Assembly (NCBI GenBank): GCA_903873945.1
Contig: CAIQQM010000191.1
Span: forward strand, 1 to 61,236
DNA: 61,236 nucleotides
Direction of reading: 5' to 3'
From: an uncultured Verrucomicrobiota bacterium
GTDB lineage: Bacteria; Verrucomicrobiota; Verrucomicrobiia; Limisphaerales; UBA8199
Each line of letters opens with the position of its first letter. Within the stretch, counting starts at the first letter, position 1. Below, piece by piece: positions 1 to 9,331 of this stretch. The position numbers were made by a program, and so were the translations under genes. The notes under the pieces were generated by a model. That model was given only the letters and a program-made list of their open reading frames with translations. It did not search any database and was not told the DNA's origin.

Positions 1-206
1 AGGAGATAAACTCCCTGCGTGGCGCGATCCAGGCAGCCGATGATGTTCATGAGCGTGGATTTGCCCGAGCCGCTGGCACCCATGATGGCGACGAACTCGC
101 CGGTCCTGATCTCCAAACTGACTCCTTGAACGGCGTGCACGTCCACTTCGCCAGTGTGGTAGATCTTGTGGATGCCTTCGAGACTGATGACGGAAGAGTT
201 TGCCAT
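1..206 (-). CDS. ABC transporter ATP-binding protein, MacB/LolD-like (runs off window start)
   Basis: Manual translation from ATG at 206: [60 protein letters not shown]; Walker A GASGSGKS; not in the ORF track. Confidence 0.9.
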   Translation of the reverse strand, partial: MANSSVISLEGIHKIYHTGEVDVHAVQGVSLEIRTGEFVAIMGASGSGKSTLMNIIGCLDRATQGVYL

Positions 207-215
207 TGAGCAAGG

Positions 216-1526
216 TTATTCAGTTGCGCCTGATGGCCGTTTGCGCACCAGCAGCCAGACCACGAGGGCGGCAAGGGCGCAAACAATCGCGCCGGTCGCA
301 ATGGCCCAGCGGACGCCCGCATAATGCGACAGGATCCCGACCTCGAGGCCGCCCAGCGGCAACATGCCGCCGAAAATCAGCGCCCAGATGCCCATAACCC
401 GCCCGCGCATGCCGTCGGCGACACTGGTTTGGATGAGCGTGTTTGTGGTTGAAAAATAGAGGAGCATTCCCCAGCCGGCAACGGCCAGAAAAACCAATGC
501 CAGGCAGTAATTCTGCGTGAAAGCCAGCAGAAGCAACATTAGCGAGAAGAAGCCGAGACCACCGAAGATAAGTAACCGCGGATGAACGCGGCTTCCGAAA
601 GAAGCCACCGTGAGGGCTCCGCAGAGAGCCCCGAGCGCATTGGCACTGAGCAACGCGCCGTAACCCCGAGCGCCCACGTGCAGGACGTCGGTCGCAAAGG
701 CGGGCATTAGCACTGAATAGGACCAGCCAAAAATTCCGACGACAGTAAAGAGGAGCAACAAAGTGCGCACCCGGCGATGTTTCGCAACGTAGGCGAACCC
801 GTCGAGCGCGTGTTGCCAGGCGGATTCCGGTTTCGCCGGCGGGATGAAGGCGGGAAGACGCATCAGCAGCAAGCTGGCGATAACAGCAATGAAGCTCAGG
901 CCATTCAGGAAGAAACACATGCCGGTGCCCGCCTGGGCCAGCAAGAACCCCGCCACCGCCGGCCCGACCACCCGCGCGCCATTGACGATGGAGCTGTTCA
1001 ACGAGACGGCGTTCATCAGATCCTCGCGACTGGTCATTTCCACCATGAAAGCTTGTCGCGCCGGCATGTCGAAAGCCATGGCCACGCCACCAAGGGCTGC
1101 CAGAACGAGAATGTGCCATGTTTGAACCCACCGGGTCCAAACCAATACCGCGAAGGCGAACGCCAGAAGCATCATTCCAATTTGAGTGAACAACACCACT
1201 ATCCGTTTGGAATGACGATCGGCAACCGAGCCTCCCCAAGTCGAAAAGAGCAGCATCGGGGCGGAACCCACCGCAGCCACCACGCCCAGTAGAAGCTTCG
1301 AGCCGGTGAGTTGATAGACGAGCCAGCTCTGCGCGGTGTTTTGCATCCAGGTACCGGTCAGCGAGACCAACTGGCCAACAAAAAAGAGCCGGAAGTTTCG
1401 ATGCCTGAGCGCGACGAACGTCTGCCGCCAAACCAACGCTCCGCTTACCACGCGCCGCGGCTGGCCCGTGACCTCCTCGGGCACACTGGCAACAGTCGTA
1501 GGCGTATTCCCGTTGTTTGGCGGCAT
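216..1526 (-). CDS. MFS transporter (MFS_3/DUF894-like)
   Basis: ALRHRNFRLFFVGQLVSLTGTWMQ start, GSVADRHSKR motif A, about 12 hydrophobic segments. Confidence 0.9.
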   Translation of the reverse strand: MPPNNGNTPTTVASVPEEVTGQPRRVVSGALVWRQTFVALRHRNFRLFFVGQLVSLTGTWMQNTAQSWLVYQLTGSKLLLGVVAAVGSAPMLLFSTWGGSVADRHSKRIVVLFTQIGMMLLAFAFAVLVWTRWVQTWHILVLAALGGVAMAFDMPARQAFMVEMTSREDLMNAVSLNSSIVNGARVVGPAVAGFLLAQAGTGMCFFLNGLSFIAVIASLLLMRLPAFIPPAKPESAWQHALDGFAYVAKHRRVRTLLLLFTVVGIFGWSYSVLMPAFATDVLHVGARGYGALLSANALGALCGALTVASFGSRVHPRLLIFGGLGFFSLMLLLLAFTQNYCLALVFLAVAGWGMLLYFSTTNTLIQTSVADGMRGRVMGIWALIFGGMLPLGGLEVGILSHYAGVRWAIATGAIVCALAALVVWLLVRKRPSGATE

Positions 1527-1596
1527 GTTGCATCAACATTCAGGCTCGTGGCTGGTTTTCAAAGAAAATGGAGGGGATTGAAAACACAAAAGCCGA

Positions 1597-2898
1597 TTAA
1601 AACCGGCGGGGGCCGCCACCGAAAGGATTGGCCGGCTGCGAGGCGGCAGCGGCACTGGATGTGGTGAGCATGCTCGTAACGACCTGAGCGCCTTCAGCCA
1701 GGCCATCGAGCACCTCGGTCATTGAACCATCACTAATGCCGATCTTGATCTGGACCGGCTTTAATTTAGGCTCGCCAGCGAGCTTCGCCTCAGGCTGGCC
1801 CGGGGGTAAATAAACGGTGCGCATGATTTGTTTTTCGGGACGCGACCGGGTGCCAGTGCCGCCGCGGCCGCCGCTACTAGCGGAAGCGCCCTGGCCGCCG
1901 CCGGGGGCTTGTCCTTGAACCATGCGTGAGGCTGGGGCATTGGTACCGCTTTGGGGTGTCGCTGTCTCAGGTGGGCGGAAGCGCAAAGCTGCGTTGGGGA
2001 TTTTCAACACATTTTGTTGTTGCGCGATGATGATGGATACATTCGCGGTCATGCCGGGTAGCAATTTCAAGTCGGGGTTGGCAACCTCGATTACGCAGTC
2101 ATAACTGATGACGTTTTGGTTTGTCACCGCGCCATAGCGGAGTTGGCTGACTTTTCCATGGAATGTGCGATACGGATACGCATCCACGGAGAAGTTCACG
2201 TTCTGCCCGACCGCGACACCGCCGATATCCGCTTCCGAGACGAGGCCGTCAATCTGCATTTTGGCCAAATCATTGGCGATAAGAAAGAGGGTGGGCGTAT
2301 TGAAGCTGGCAGCAACGGTCTGACCGACGTCCACGCTTCGCGAGATAACAACCCCGTCCACAGGCGCGTAAATCGTGCAATATGAGAGCTGCACGTTCGA
2401 GTTTTTCAGAGTTGCTTCGCCACTTTGGACCTGTGCTTCAGCCTGTTGCATTTGAGCAATGGCGGTATCATGGTCGGACGCGGAGATTAAGTTATTGGTA
2501 AAAAGCGAGTTTGCGCGTCGGGCCTGGACTTGGGCGAGAGCAAGATTGGCTTTGGCGTTGGCCACGTCGGCTTTGGCCTTGAGCACGTTGACTTCAAGGG
2601 TGGAAGGGTCAATCTCCGCGATAACCTGGTTGGACTTAACGACGGAATTGTAGTCAACGTAAAGCTTCCTAATGATACCGGAAATCTGGCTGCCGACTTG
2701 CACGGTAACCACAGGGCCTAACTGTCCGGTGGCGGTAACAACCTGAGTCAAATCGCCACGGGTGACAGTTGTCGTCTGATACTCCAAGCCGACATCGCGA
2801 GTGTGTTTAAGATACCAGACCGCGCCGCCTGCCACCGCGCAGAGCGCCGCGAGAATCAATGCCCACTTAGCCCAACGGAACTTGCCATCGTTTGCCAT
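1597..2898 (-). CDS. Efflux periplasmic adaptor subunit (MacA/HlyD family)
   Basis: N-terminal TM, VQVGSQISGII, coiled-coil hairpin, TIYAPVDGVVI, GQTVAASFNTPTLF, LLPGMTANV. Confidence 0.92.
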   Translation of the reverse strand: MANDGKFRWAKWALILAALCAVAGGAVWYLKHTRDVGLEYQTTTVTRGDLTQVVTATGQLGPVVTVQVGSQISGIIRKLYVDYNSVVKSNQVIAEIDPSTLEVNVLKAKADVANAKANLALAQVQARRANSLFTNNLISASDHDTAIAQMQQAEAQVQSGEATLKNSNVQLSYCTIYAPVDGVVISRSVDVGQTVAASFNTPTLFLIANDLAKMQIDGLVSEADIGGVAVGQNVNFSVDAYPYRTFHGKVSQLRYGAVTNQNVISYDCVIEVANPDLKLLPGMTANVSIIIAQQQNVLKIPNAALRFRPPETATPQSGTNAPASRMVQGQAPGGGQGASASSGGRGGTGTRSRPEKQIMRTVYLPPGQPEAKLAGEPKLKPVQIKIGISDGSMTEVLDGLAEGAQVVTSMLTTSSAAAASQPANPFGGGPRRF

Positions 2899-3099
2899 AA
2901 TTCAGTGTGAAACAGCTACTAACACAATTAAGACGCAAACCTTAGCTAATGGGTTGCGGGATGTCCAACCCTTCCCGCAGCTCCGCAGCCGGCAGGTCGC
3001 AAGAAGAATCTGCAGGGCCAGACTGGAACCGACCCCCCCGAGTCCATCGGAGGTAACTTTGGACTTTGGGGTTTGGACCTCAAACCTTAGGATTGGTTC

Positions 3100-4152
3100 A
3101 TGCTAGAAAAACTCGGTCGCCAGCTCACCACATCAAAACCTCTGACGGAGGAACAGGTCCGCGAGGCGGTCGAGCGCCTTATTGACAAATCTGTCACAGT
3201 GCAGACAAAGGCCGATTTCCTGATTCGCCTGACGCAAAAGGGGGAGACGCCGAAAGAAATCGCTTTGTTTGCTCGCGCCTTGCGCGCCAAATCCATCCAG
3301 GTTGAGCTTGCTGCCGAGATGCGAGAGCATGAAGTGTTGGATGTGGTGGGTACGGGTGGCGATCACCTGACCACGTTTAACATCTCGACAGCCGTAGCTC
3401 TCGTGGCGGCGGCGGCGGGCGTGCTGGTAGCCAAGCATGGCAACCGGGCCAGCACCTCGCTAACGGGCAGCGCGGATGTTATGGAGGCCCTGGGCATCCC
3501 TCATGACCTTGGGCCTGAGGAAGCGGTGCGCTCGTTACGGACGCACGGGTTCGCATTTTTCTTTGCGGCCAAATATCACCCGGCGTTTCGGCACATTATC
3601 CCGGCGCGGAAGCTCTGCGCCGAGAGAGGCCACAGCACGATCTTCAATTTTCTCGGGCCGCTGCTGAATCCGGCGCAACCTAGCGCGATGCTGGTCGGCG
3701 TTCCGCGCCCAGAGCTGAGCGAACCATTCGCTCGCGTTCTCCAGTCCCTGGGAGTGAGGCGGGCCATGGTCGTAAGTGGCGCTGTGCCGGGGAATGCAGG
3801 GACTGTGCGATATCTGGATGAGATTTCCCCTCTGGGCCCGACAACGGTTGCCGAATTTTACCAGGAGCGCGGCATGTCCTGTTCGAAGCTGCAGCCAGAG
3901 CCCTTTCCGCTGCAGTTAGCCACTTTGGAAGATCTGCGCGGAGGAGATCGTGAGATGAACGCCGAGATCATCCGCCGAATCCTGCGTGGCCAGGAGCGGG
4001 GACCAAAACGCGATGCGGTTTTGCTCAATGCCGCCGCGGCGCTTTTCGTTGGCAGCAAAGCTCGATCGCTGGGCGAAGGTTGGGAGCTGGCGGTTGAAAC
4101 GATCGATAGCGGGAAAGCTTACAAGAAACTTGGCGAGCTAATTGCAGGCTGA
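3100..4152 (+). CDS. trpD: Anthranilate phosphoribosyltransferase
   Basis: DVVGTGGD, FNIST, KHGNR, GSAD, FNFLGPLLNP motifs. Confidence 0.95.
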   Translation: MLEKLGRQLTTSKPLTEEQVREAVERLIDKSVTVQTKADFLIRLTQKGETPKEIALFARALRAKSIQVELAAEMREHEVLDVVGTGGDHLTTFNISTAVALVAAAAGVLVAKHGNRASTSLTGSADVMEALGIPHDLGPEEAVRSLRTHGFAFFFAAKYHPAFRHIIPARKLCAERGHSTIFNFLGPLLNPAQPSAMLVGVPRPELSEPFARVLQSLGVRRAMVVSGAVPGNAGTVRYLDEISPLGPTTVAEFYQERGMSCSKLQPEPFPLQLATLEDLRGGDREMNAEIIRRILRGQERGPKRDAVLLNAAAALFVGSKARSLGEGWELAVETIDSGKAYKKLGELIAG

Positions 4153-4245
4153 AAAGGCATCTGCACCAGAACGCAAGTTGTTCCGAGGCAGCAAGGCATC
4201 GGTTTTTGGCTTGGCGCGCCGTTTCCGTAGGGCTAAAACCAGCGC

Positions 4246-4689
4246 ATGTATAAAATCATTGGGACAGACGGCCAGCAGTACGGTCCGGTGAATGTGGACC
4301 AACTGCGACGTTGGATTGCCGAGAATCGCGCGAACGCGCAAACTCTCGTGCAAGCGGAGGGGGCTCAGGAATGGAAACCCCTCGGGACCCTCCCCGAGTT
4401 TGCACCTGAAATAAAACCTCCGCCCATGATGCCACCCGCCACATCGCGGGCCTCGATCAAAATCCCGGCCGGCATTTTTGGGATCCTGCTGGGATCGCTT
4501 GGCATCCACAAATTCATCCTCGGCTACACTGGCGCGGGACTGATTATGTTGCTGGTCACCGTTCTGACTTGCGGCATCGGAGGGATCGTGATGCATCTTA
4601 TCGGCTTGATAGAAGGCATTATTTATCTTTGCAAGCCGGACGAAGATTTTGTCCGGGAATACGTTGATCGGCGCAAAGAGTGGTTCTAA
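4246..4689 (+). CDS. GYF_2 (DUF4339) + TM2 domain membrane protein
   Basis: MYKIIGTDGQQYGPV...W...EWKPL N-terminus; AGIFGILLGSLGIHKFILGY TM2 signature. Confidence 0.85.
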   Translation: MYKIIGTDGQQYGPVNVDQLRRWIAENRANAQTLVQAEGAQEWKPLGTLPEFAPEIKPPPMMPPATSRASIKIPAGIFGILLGSLGIHKFILGYTGAGLIMLLVTVLTCGIGGIVMHLIGLIEGIIYLCKPDEDFVREYVDRRKEWF

Positions 4690-4767
4690 ACCATTTCAGG
4701 AACCGCAAGGTGCGGCGTCGGGGAGTGACAACTTGACGCGCCTTCCGGTTTCCGTGGAGAATCAGGC

Positions 4768-5271
4768 ATGTATAAGATCATTGGAGGAGACGGCAAGGAG
4801 TATGGTCCGGTCGCTGCGGACCAGTTGCGGCAATGGATCGCGGAAGGCCGGGCGAATGCCCATACGGGAGCACGGCTCGAGGGGACGTCGGAATGGAAGC
4901 CGCTCGTCCAATTTTCAGAGTTTTCAGCCGCGTTTGGAGGTCCGCCCCCGCCTATTCTCATTCCCGGACCGATTTCAATCGCGCCGACGCCACGGGCCAA
5001 TTCAATGGCGCTTATGGGCATGGTTTTTGGCATCCTGTCCGTCACCTGCGGGATGTGCTGCTACGGGATCCCGTTTAATATCCTGGGAGTCATTTTCTCG
5101 CTAATTGCTCTCGCGCAAATTCGTGACAACCCCTTATCGCAGCAGGGTAAAGGGATGGCCATCGCCGGGTTGGTTCTCTCGCTCCTAAGTCTCGTCATAG
5201 TGGCGCTGGCTGTCGCGTTCGGCCTCACGCTGCACCACAGGGGCATCCTGGGCAGAACGCATTGGATCTAG
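4768..5271 (+). CDS. GYF_2 + DUF4190 membrane protein
   Basis: MYKIIGGDGKEYGPV N-terminus; NSMALMGMVFGILS...GKGMAIAGLVL DUF4190 pattern. Confidence 0.85.
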   Translation: MYKIIGGDGKEYGPVAADQLRQWIAEGRANAHTGARLEGTSEWKPLVQFSEFSAAFGGPPPPILIPGPISIAPTPRANSMALMGMVFGILSVTCGMCCYGIPFNILGVIFSLIALAQIRDNPLSQQGKGMAIAGLVLSLLSLVIVALAVAFGLTLHHRGILGRTHWI

Positions 5272-5272
5272 C

Positions 5273-5695
5273 ATGGTTTTCTCCCCGGAACGATTCAAAG
5301 TGGTGCGCCCGGCCGTTTGGCTGTCAGCCGCCCTGGTGGCAACGAGTTTGGGGGTTGTGCTTTTTTGCTTTGACCCGGGCCAGTTTCATTTCTATCCGGT
5401 GTGTTTTTTCCATAAGACCACCGGCCTGCTTTGCCCGGGGTGCGGCTGCCTGCGCGCCCTGCACGAGTTGCTGCACGGGCATATTGGAGCGGCCTTCCGC
5501 TTCAATCCGCTGCTAATCGTATCGCTGCCGTTCTTGGCATGGTTTGGAGCCAATTATGCCCTGCAACGTGGAGGAAGCCGAAGTGAGACCATAACCATCC
5601 GCCCGATTTGGATTTGGGTTTTTCTCATCGCGGCGATGGCGTTTGGCGTGATGCGAAACCTGCCGGGCACCCCCCTCGCTATGCTACCACAGTAG
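5273..5695 (+). CDS. DUF2752 membrane protein
   Basis: CFFHKTTGLLCPGCG..RALHELLHG...FNPL and C-terminal RNLP. Confidence 0.85.
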   Translation: MVFSPERFKVVRPAVWLSAALVATSLGVVLFCFDPGQFHFYPVCFFHKTTGLLCPGCGCLRALHELLHGHIGAAFRFNPLLIVSLPFLAWFGANYALQRGGSRSETITIRPIWIWVFLIAAMAFGVMRNLPGTPLAMLPQ

Positions 5696-5709
5696 GGCTG
5701 TGCCAGCCC

Positions 5710-5796
5710 CGGCTTGCAAGCCGTCCGTAAATCACTTACAAGGAGGCTCGTCAAGGGCCGACAAACAAAGACGCGTATGTATAAAGTAATCGGGGC
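5710..5796 (+). repeat. 87-bp direct repeat, copy 1 (leader and first 7 codons of a GYF_2 gene)
   Basis: Matches 7960-8046 with 4 mismatches; ATG at 5777 gives MYKVIGAFPNMSP*. Confidence 0.95.
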
Positions 5797-6034
5797 ATTC
5801 CCGAATATGTCACCATAAAAATAACGCGCTGCGGCTCCGTTCAGCCTAATAGTGGGAATAGCGTCCTGCAGGGCCAACGGCGGGTTGCTCATTGTATGCG
5901 AAAAGATGATTATTTTCTGCTGCCAGGCGTTTGAGCCCAAGACGCCCCCTGGACGCCAAGAAACAAGAATTCCTTGACCGAAGCTGAATTTGTAACCCCG
6001 TTGCAGAAGTGAAAAGGGTGACGAAAATGGAAAA

Positions 6035-7573
6035 ATGAAATTCAGTCTCCAAAAATTCGCGATTTATTTTGGCGCGGTATTTCTGATTGCCTCGACTGTT
6101 GAGTCAGGAGCATTTGCGTTGCTCGGCCCAGTTCAGCCGTGGATGCAAACGACTAACGATGTTATTTCCCCCGGTGACATTGGAGGGCCGATGTGCATCA
6201 GCAATGGGTATCGTTGGAACGTGCCGGTGGTGACCTATGGATTTGACCAATCTTTTTGGGGGTATTTCGGTTCAAACGGCGTCGCAGCGGTAGAAGGGGC
6301 GATTCAAATTTTGAATAATTTGCCGCCAGTTTCGCAGATTGTGCTGACGAATTATCCATTCGATTCACAAGGGGTTAATTCCGCAGCCGAATCACAATCA
6401 CTTTACGATTTGAAATCCGAAACGCTTTCGCTGTTGTTGGAGCATCTTGGTTTGGCTCAACCGGAGAGGTACGTTTTTGTGTTAAAACAGTGGACTCCGG
6501 CCTTTCTTACAACTCCGTCAGAACTCGATTGGATAAATTGGGCAATTCCTGATTTTGTCGTTCAAGGAAATTTTGATCCTCAAACATTGGCGACCAGTCC
6601 TTATGTCAATACTACGCTCTATACGGCTGACGTTTATTCCTTGTTTGGCAGTCAGAACTACATGGAAATATTCCCCGTTAATCCGTTAGCCAATGCATAT
6701 GACACCGTTGCCGATTTCTACTTGAACTCGGGAATATTTTATTCCGGATTGACCTATGACGACGTTGGGGGGCTGGCATATGTGCTGTCCACGAACAACG
6801 TGAAATACGAAACTTTGCTGTCGGGTGTTGTGGGTGTCGGCACAAACGCGAATTCCTTTGTGAACGGCGCGTGGCGTCCAGGCGTGGACAAAATTACGTT
6901 CATCCCGCAGCCGGTGGATTCACAGTCCGGCGCGTTCTTGCCAACTACCAATTGTTTTACGGACAGCTACATCACCAATAGCATTCTGATACAACAGCAA
7001 ATGGCGCGGATCATTTCGCAACCGGATTTTCTTTTCAGTGCGGGAGACGTAACGCTAGGCAGTATTGGACTTCCACTTTATTCGCGTACAGGAACAACTA
7101 ACTGGTTGAATAATGCCACGGCAAATGGAAACACAAACGGCGAAGGCCCTGGCGTCATCCAACCGCAGGTTCAAATCATTTTTAATAAATTGGGAGGACT
7201 GTTTTTGACCCAAGGCAGCTATTCGGACGAAGAGGTTACTGACGATTCGGAATTCTGGGCATCATTTGACGGTTCGACCAATGCGCCGGTCATTTATCCA
7301 ATCCCGCAAACCGGCACGAACCAGTTGACGGTTCGGATGTGGCTGAAACTGGGAACTCCTGCAACTCGGTCGGGACCTCCTCCAACCGTGTCAACACAAA
7401 GTTTTGAATGGAAACCCACCAGCGCAGCAGGGGAGCAATTCATGTTTGAAACTTCAACGAACCTAACCGATTGGATTACCCTTTTTACCCCGACGAACAA
7501 CGGCAGCGTTGCCACCTTCCTTGTCATTTATCCCGCTAGCGCAAGTCGGTTCTACCGGCTGACCCACCAGTAA
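6035..7573 (+). CDS. Secreted hypothetical protein with Verrucomicrobia-type C-terminal domain
   Basis: 512-aa ORF, signal peptide, Asn/Thr/aromatic-rich, FETSTNLTDW...SRFYRL tail; visibly more AT-rich than flanks. Confidence 0.75.
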   Translation: MKFSLQKFAIYFGAVFLIASTVESGAFALLGPVQPWMQTTNDVISPGDIGGPMCISNGYRWNVPVVTYGFDQSFWGYFGSNGVAAVEGAIQILNNLPPVSQIVLTNYPFDSQGVNSAAESQSLYDLKSETLSLLLEHLGLAQPERYVFVLKQWTPAFLTTPSELDWINWAIPDFVVQGNFDPQTLATSPYVNTTLYTADVYSLFGSQNYMEIFPVNPLANAYDTVADFYLNSGIFYSGLTYDDVGGLAYVLSTNNVKYETLLSGVVGVGTNANSFVNGAWRPGVDKITFIPQPVDSQSGAFLPTTNCFTDSYITNSILIQQQMARIISQPDFLFSAGDVTLGSIGLPLYSRTGTTNWLNNATANGNTNGEGPGVIQPQVQIIFNKLGGLFLTQGSYSDEEVTDDSEFWASFDGSTNAPVIYPIPQTGTNQLTVRMWLKLGTPATRSGPPPTVSTQSFEWKPTSAAGEQFMFETSTNLTDWITLFTPTNNGSVATFLVIYPASASRFYRLTHQ

Positions 7574-7738
7574 CTAGCGAGAAAATAGGGCCTTATGTTG
7601 CCAATCTCTTTGCGGCGGGGGGGCATCGCGAGCGGCGCGGTCGTATTCGTTTGGCTGTAAAATGCCGGCGATAAGCTTGAAAAACAACAAGACAGAGAAC
7701 CGCTTTTCGGAGCTGCTAGCGCAGTTGCTCACGAAGAG

Positions 7739-7965
7739 TTAACGCCCGCCCGTAACGGTGTACCCTCCTGCCGCAAATCTTCCGCCAAATTCATTTCCAT
7801 CCTCGCTGCCGCTTCATACGGCATCGGGTTCAAGTGTTCGTAAAGTTTCGGCAGCAAGCGGATGCCGTAGCGTTTCACCAGTGAGACCGCCTCGGTGCCT
7901 GCCTTGTGATTGGCAAATCGTTCTTGCGGCGTCAACCCCATTGTCCCCACATAAATGCGCGGCTT
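7739..7965 (-). pseudogene. 5'-truncated, frameshifted small GIY-YIG-like protein
   Basis: KPRIYVGTMGLTPQERFANHKAG...LYEHLNPMPYEAAARMEMNLAEDLR; the expected tail YTVTGGR* lies in a shifted frame (stop 7739-7741); 5' end replaced by the repeat. Confidence 0.65.
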
Positions 7966-8046
7966 GCAAGCCGTCCGTAAATCACTTACAAGGAGCCTCG
8001 TCAAGGGCCGACAAACACAGACACGTATGTTTAAAGTAATCGGGGC
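7960..8046 (+). repeat. 87-bp direct repeat, copy 2
   Basis: Matches 5710-5796 at an offset of 2250 bp; contains the ATG (8027) of the downstream GYF_2 gene. Confidence 0.95.
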
Positions 8047-8986
8047 GGATCAAAAGGAGTATGGGCCAGTCACTGCGGAGCAGTTGCGCCGCTGGATCGC
8101 CGAGGGGCGGGCGGGCGGGCAGACGATGGTTCAGGCTGAAGGCACAACCGAGTGGAAATTGCTTTCAACTTTTCCTGAGTTTGCGGACGACATAGCTGTG
8201 CGATCGGCCGGAGAAAATGCGGGTCAGACTGCCGGAGTGAACCCAGGGTTGCCGGAAGACATTTTCTCGCGCGATTACGGTCTGGATATTGGCAATTGCA
8301 TCGGGAGTTCCTGGGAGCTGCTGAAGAGTAATTTCGGGCTGATTTTCGGCGGCGTGGCCGTTTTTCTTCTGGTCCAGGTTGCCGTATCCCTATTGGGGCG
8401 AATTCCGCTTATCGGCATCGTGTTATCGATTGCAAGCCTTGTCGTCACCGGACCTTTGACCGGCGGCCTCTACCTGTTTCTGTTAAAAAACATCCGCCGG
8501 CAGGCCGCCGACATTGGCGACGTTTTTTCGGGATTCCGGCTCGCATTCCTTCAACTGCTCCTTGGCTATCTTGTGCCCGCCGGTTTGACCTGCCTTGCGG
8601 CACTTCCCGGCGCTGCACTCATGGCCTTCCCGATTATCCGGATGGTCCACGAACGGTCCGTCGAGCCGGGACCGTTCCTTGTGGCACTGCTGGGCGGTAT
8701 CGTCGCAATTATTCCGATGATCTACCTGGGCATCAGCTGGATGTTCACCCTGCCGCTCATCATCGACAAACAAATGGACTTCTGGCCGGCGATGAACGCG
8801 AGCCGGAAGATGGTGGGAAAGCACTGGTGGCAGGTTTTGGGGCTCGTAGTGGTGTGCGGCCTGGTTAACGTGGCGGGAATTCTCGCTTGCTGTGTGGGTC
8901 TCCTTATTAGCCTGCCCATTGTCCTGGGGGCTCTAATGTACGCCTATGAGCGGATCTTCTCCCCAACAACCTCGCAAACCCCTTGA
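8027..8986 (+). CDS. GYF_2 + multi-pass membrane protein (DUF975-like)
   Basis: MFKVIGADQKEYGPV start parallels the other two GYF_2 genes; five or six TM segments; FWPAMNASRKMV motif. Confidence 0.8.
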   Translation: MFKVIGADQKEYGPVTAEQLRRWIAEGRAGGQTMVQAEGTTEWKLLSTFPEFADDIAVRSAGENAGQTAGVNPGLPEDIFSRDYGLDIGNCIGSSWELLKSNFGLIFGGVAVFLLVQVAVSLLGRIPLIGIVLSIASLVVTGPLTGGLYLFLLKNIRRQAADIGDVFSGFRLAFLQLLLGYLVPAGLTCLAALPGAALMAFPIIRMVHERSVEPGPFLVALLGGIVAIIPMIYLGISWMFTLPLIIDKQMDFWPAMNASRKMVGKHWWQVLGLVVVCGLVNVAGILACCVGLLISLPIVLGALMYAYERIFSPTTSQTP

Positions 8987-9317
8987 CCGTTCCACCGCGC
9001 GCAACTGCGCGCTGATCAACCAACTGGCGACGCCCGGATTGGGTTCGCTCATGGCCCGACGGTTCGTGGCTGGAACAGGGCAGATCCTTCTGGCTCTTGG
9101 CGGTTTCGGAATGATGATCACCTGGTTCGTCCTGCTGGCCGTCCAGACCTACCATCAAATCACCAACGACTTGCCGCCGAGACCAGTTGGCTGGCTCGGC
9201 GGGGCGGGCGCGCTGGTATTCGCCGCCTCATGGCTGTGGTCGCTCTTTACCAGCCTCAGCATTTTGCGGGAAGCGCGCGCCAATGAACCCCAATCCCGCC
9301 CTGACCTTCCAGGCTGA
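8946..9317 (+). CDS. Small hypothetical membrane protein
   Basis: NQLATPGLGSL motif plus two TM segments; fills the gap before the mutS stop. Confidence 0.6.
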   Translation: MSGSSPQQPRKPLDRSTARNCALINQLATPGLGSLMARRFVAGTGQILLALGGFGMMITWFVLLAVQTYHQITNDLPPRPVGWLGGAGALVFAASWLWSLFTSLSILREARANEPQSRPDLPG

Positions 9318-9331
9318 AATCGCCAGCCGGC

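Noticed and set aside
220-1539. 439-aa alternative-frame ORF over the MFS gene
   Set aside because: Arg/Gly-rich frame artefact; the MFS frame has clear motifs
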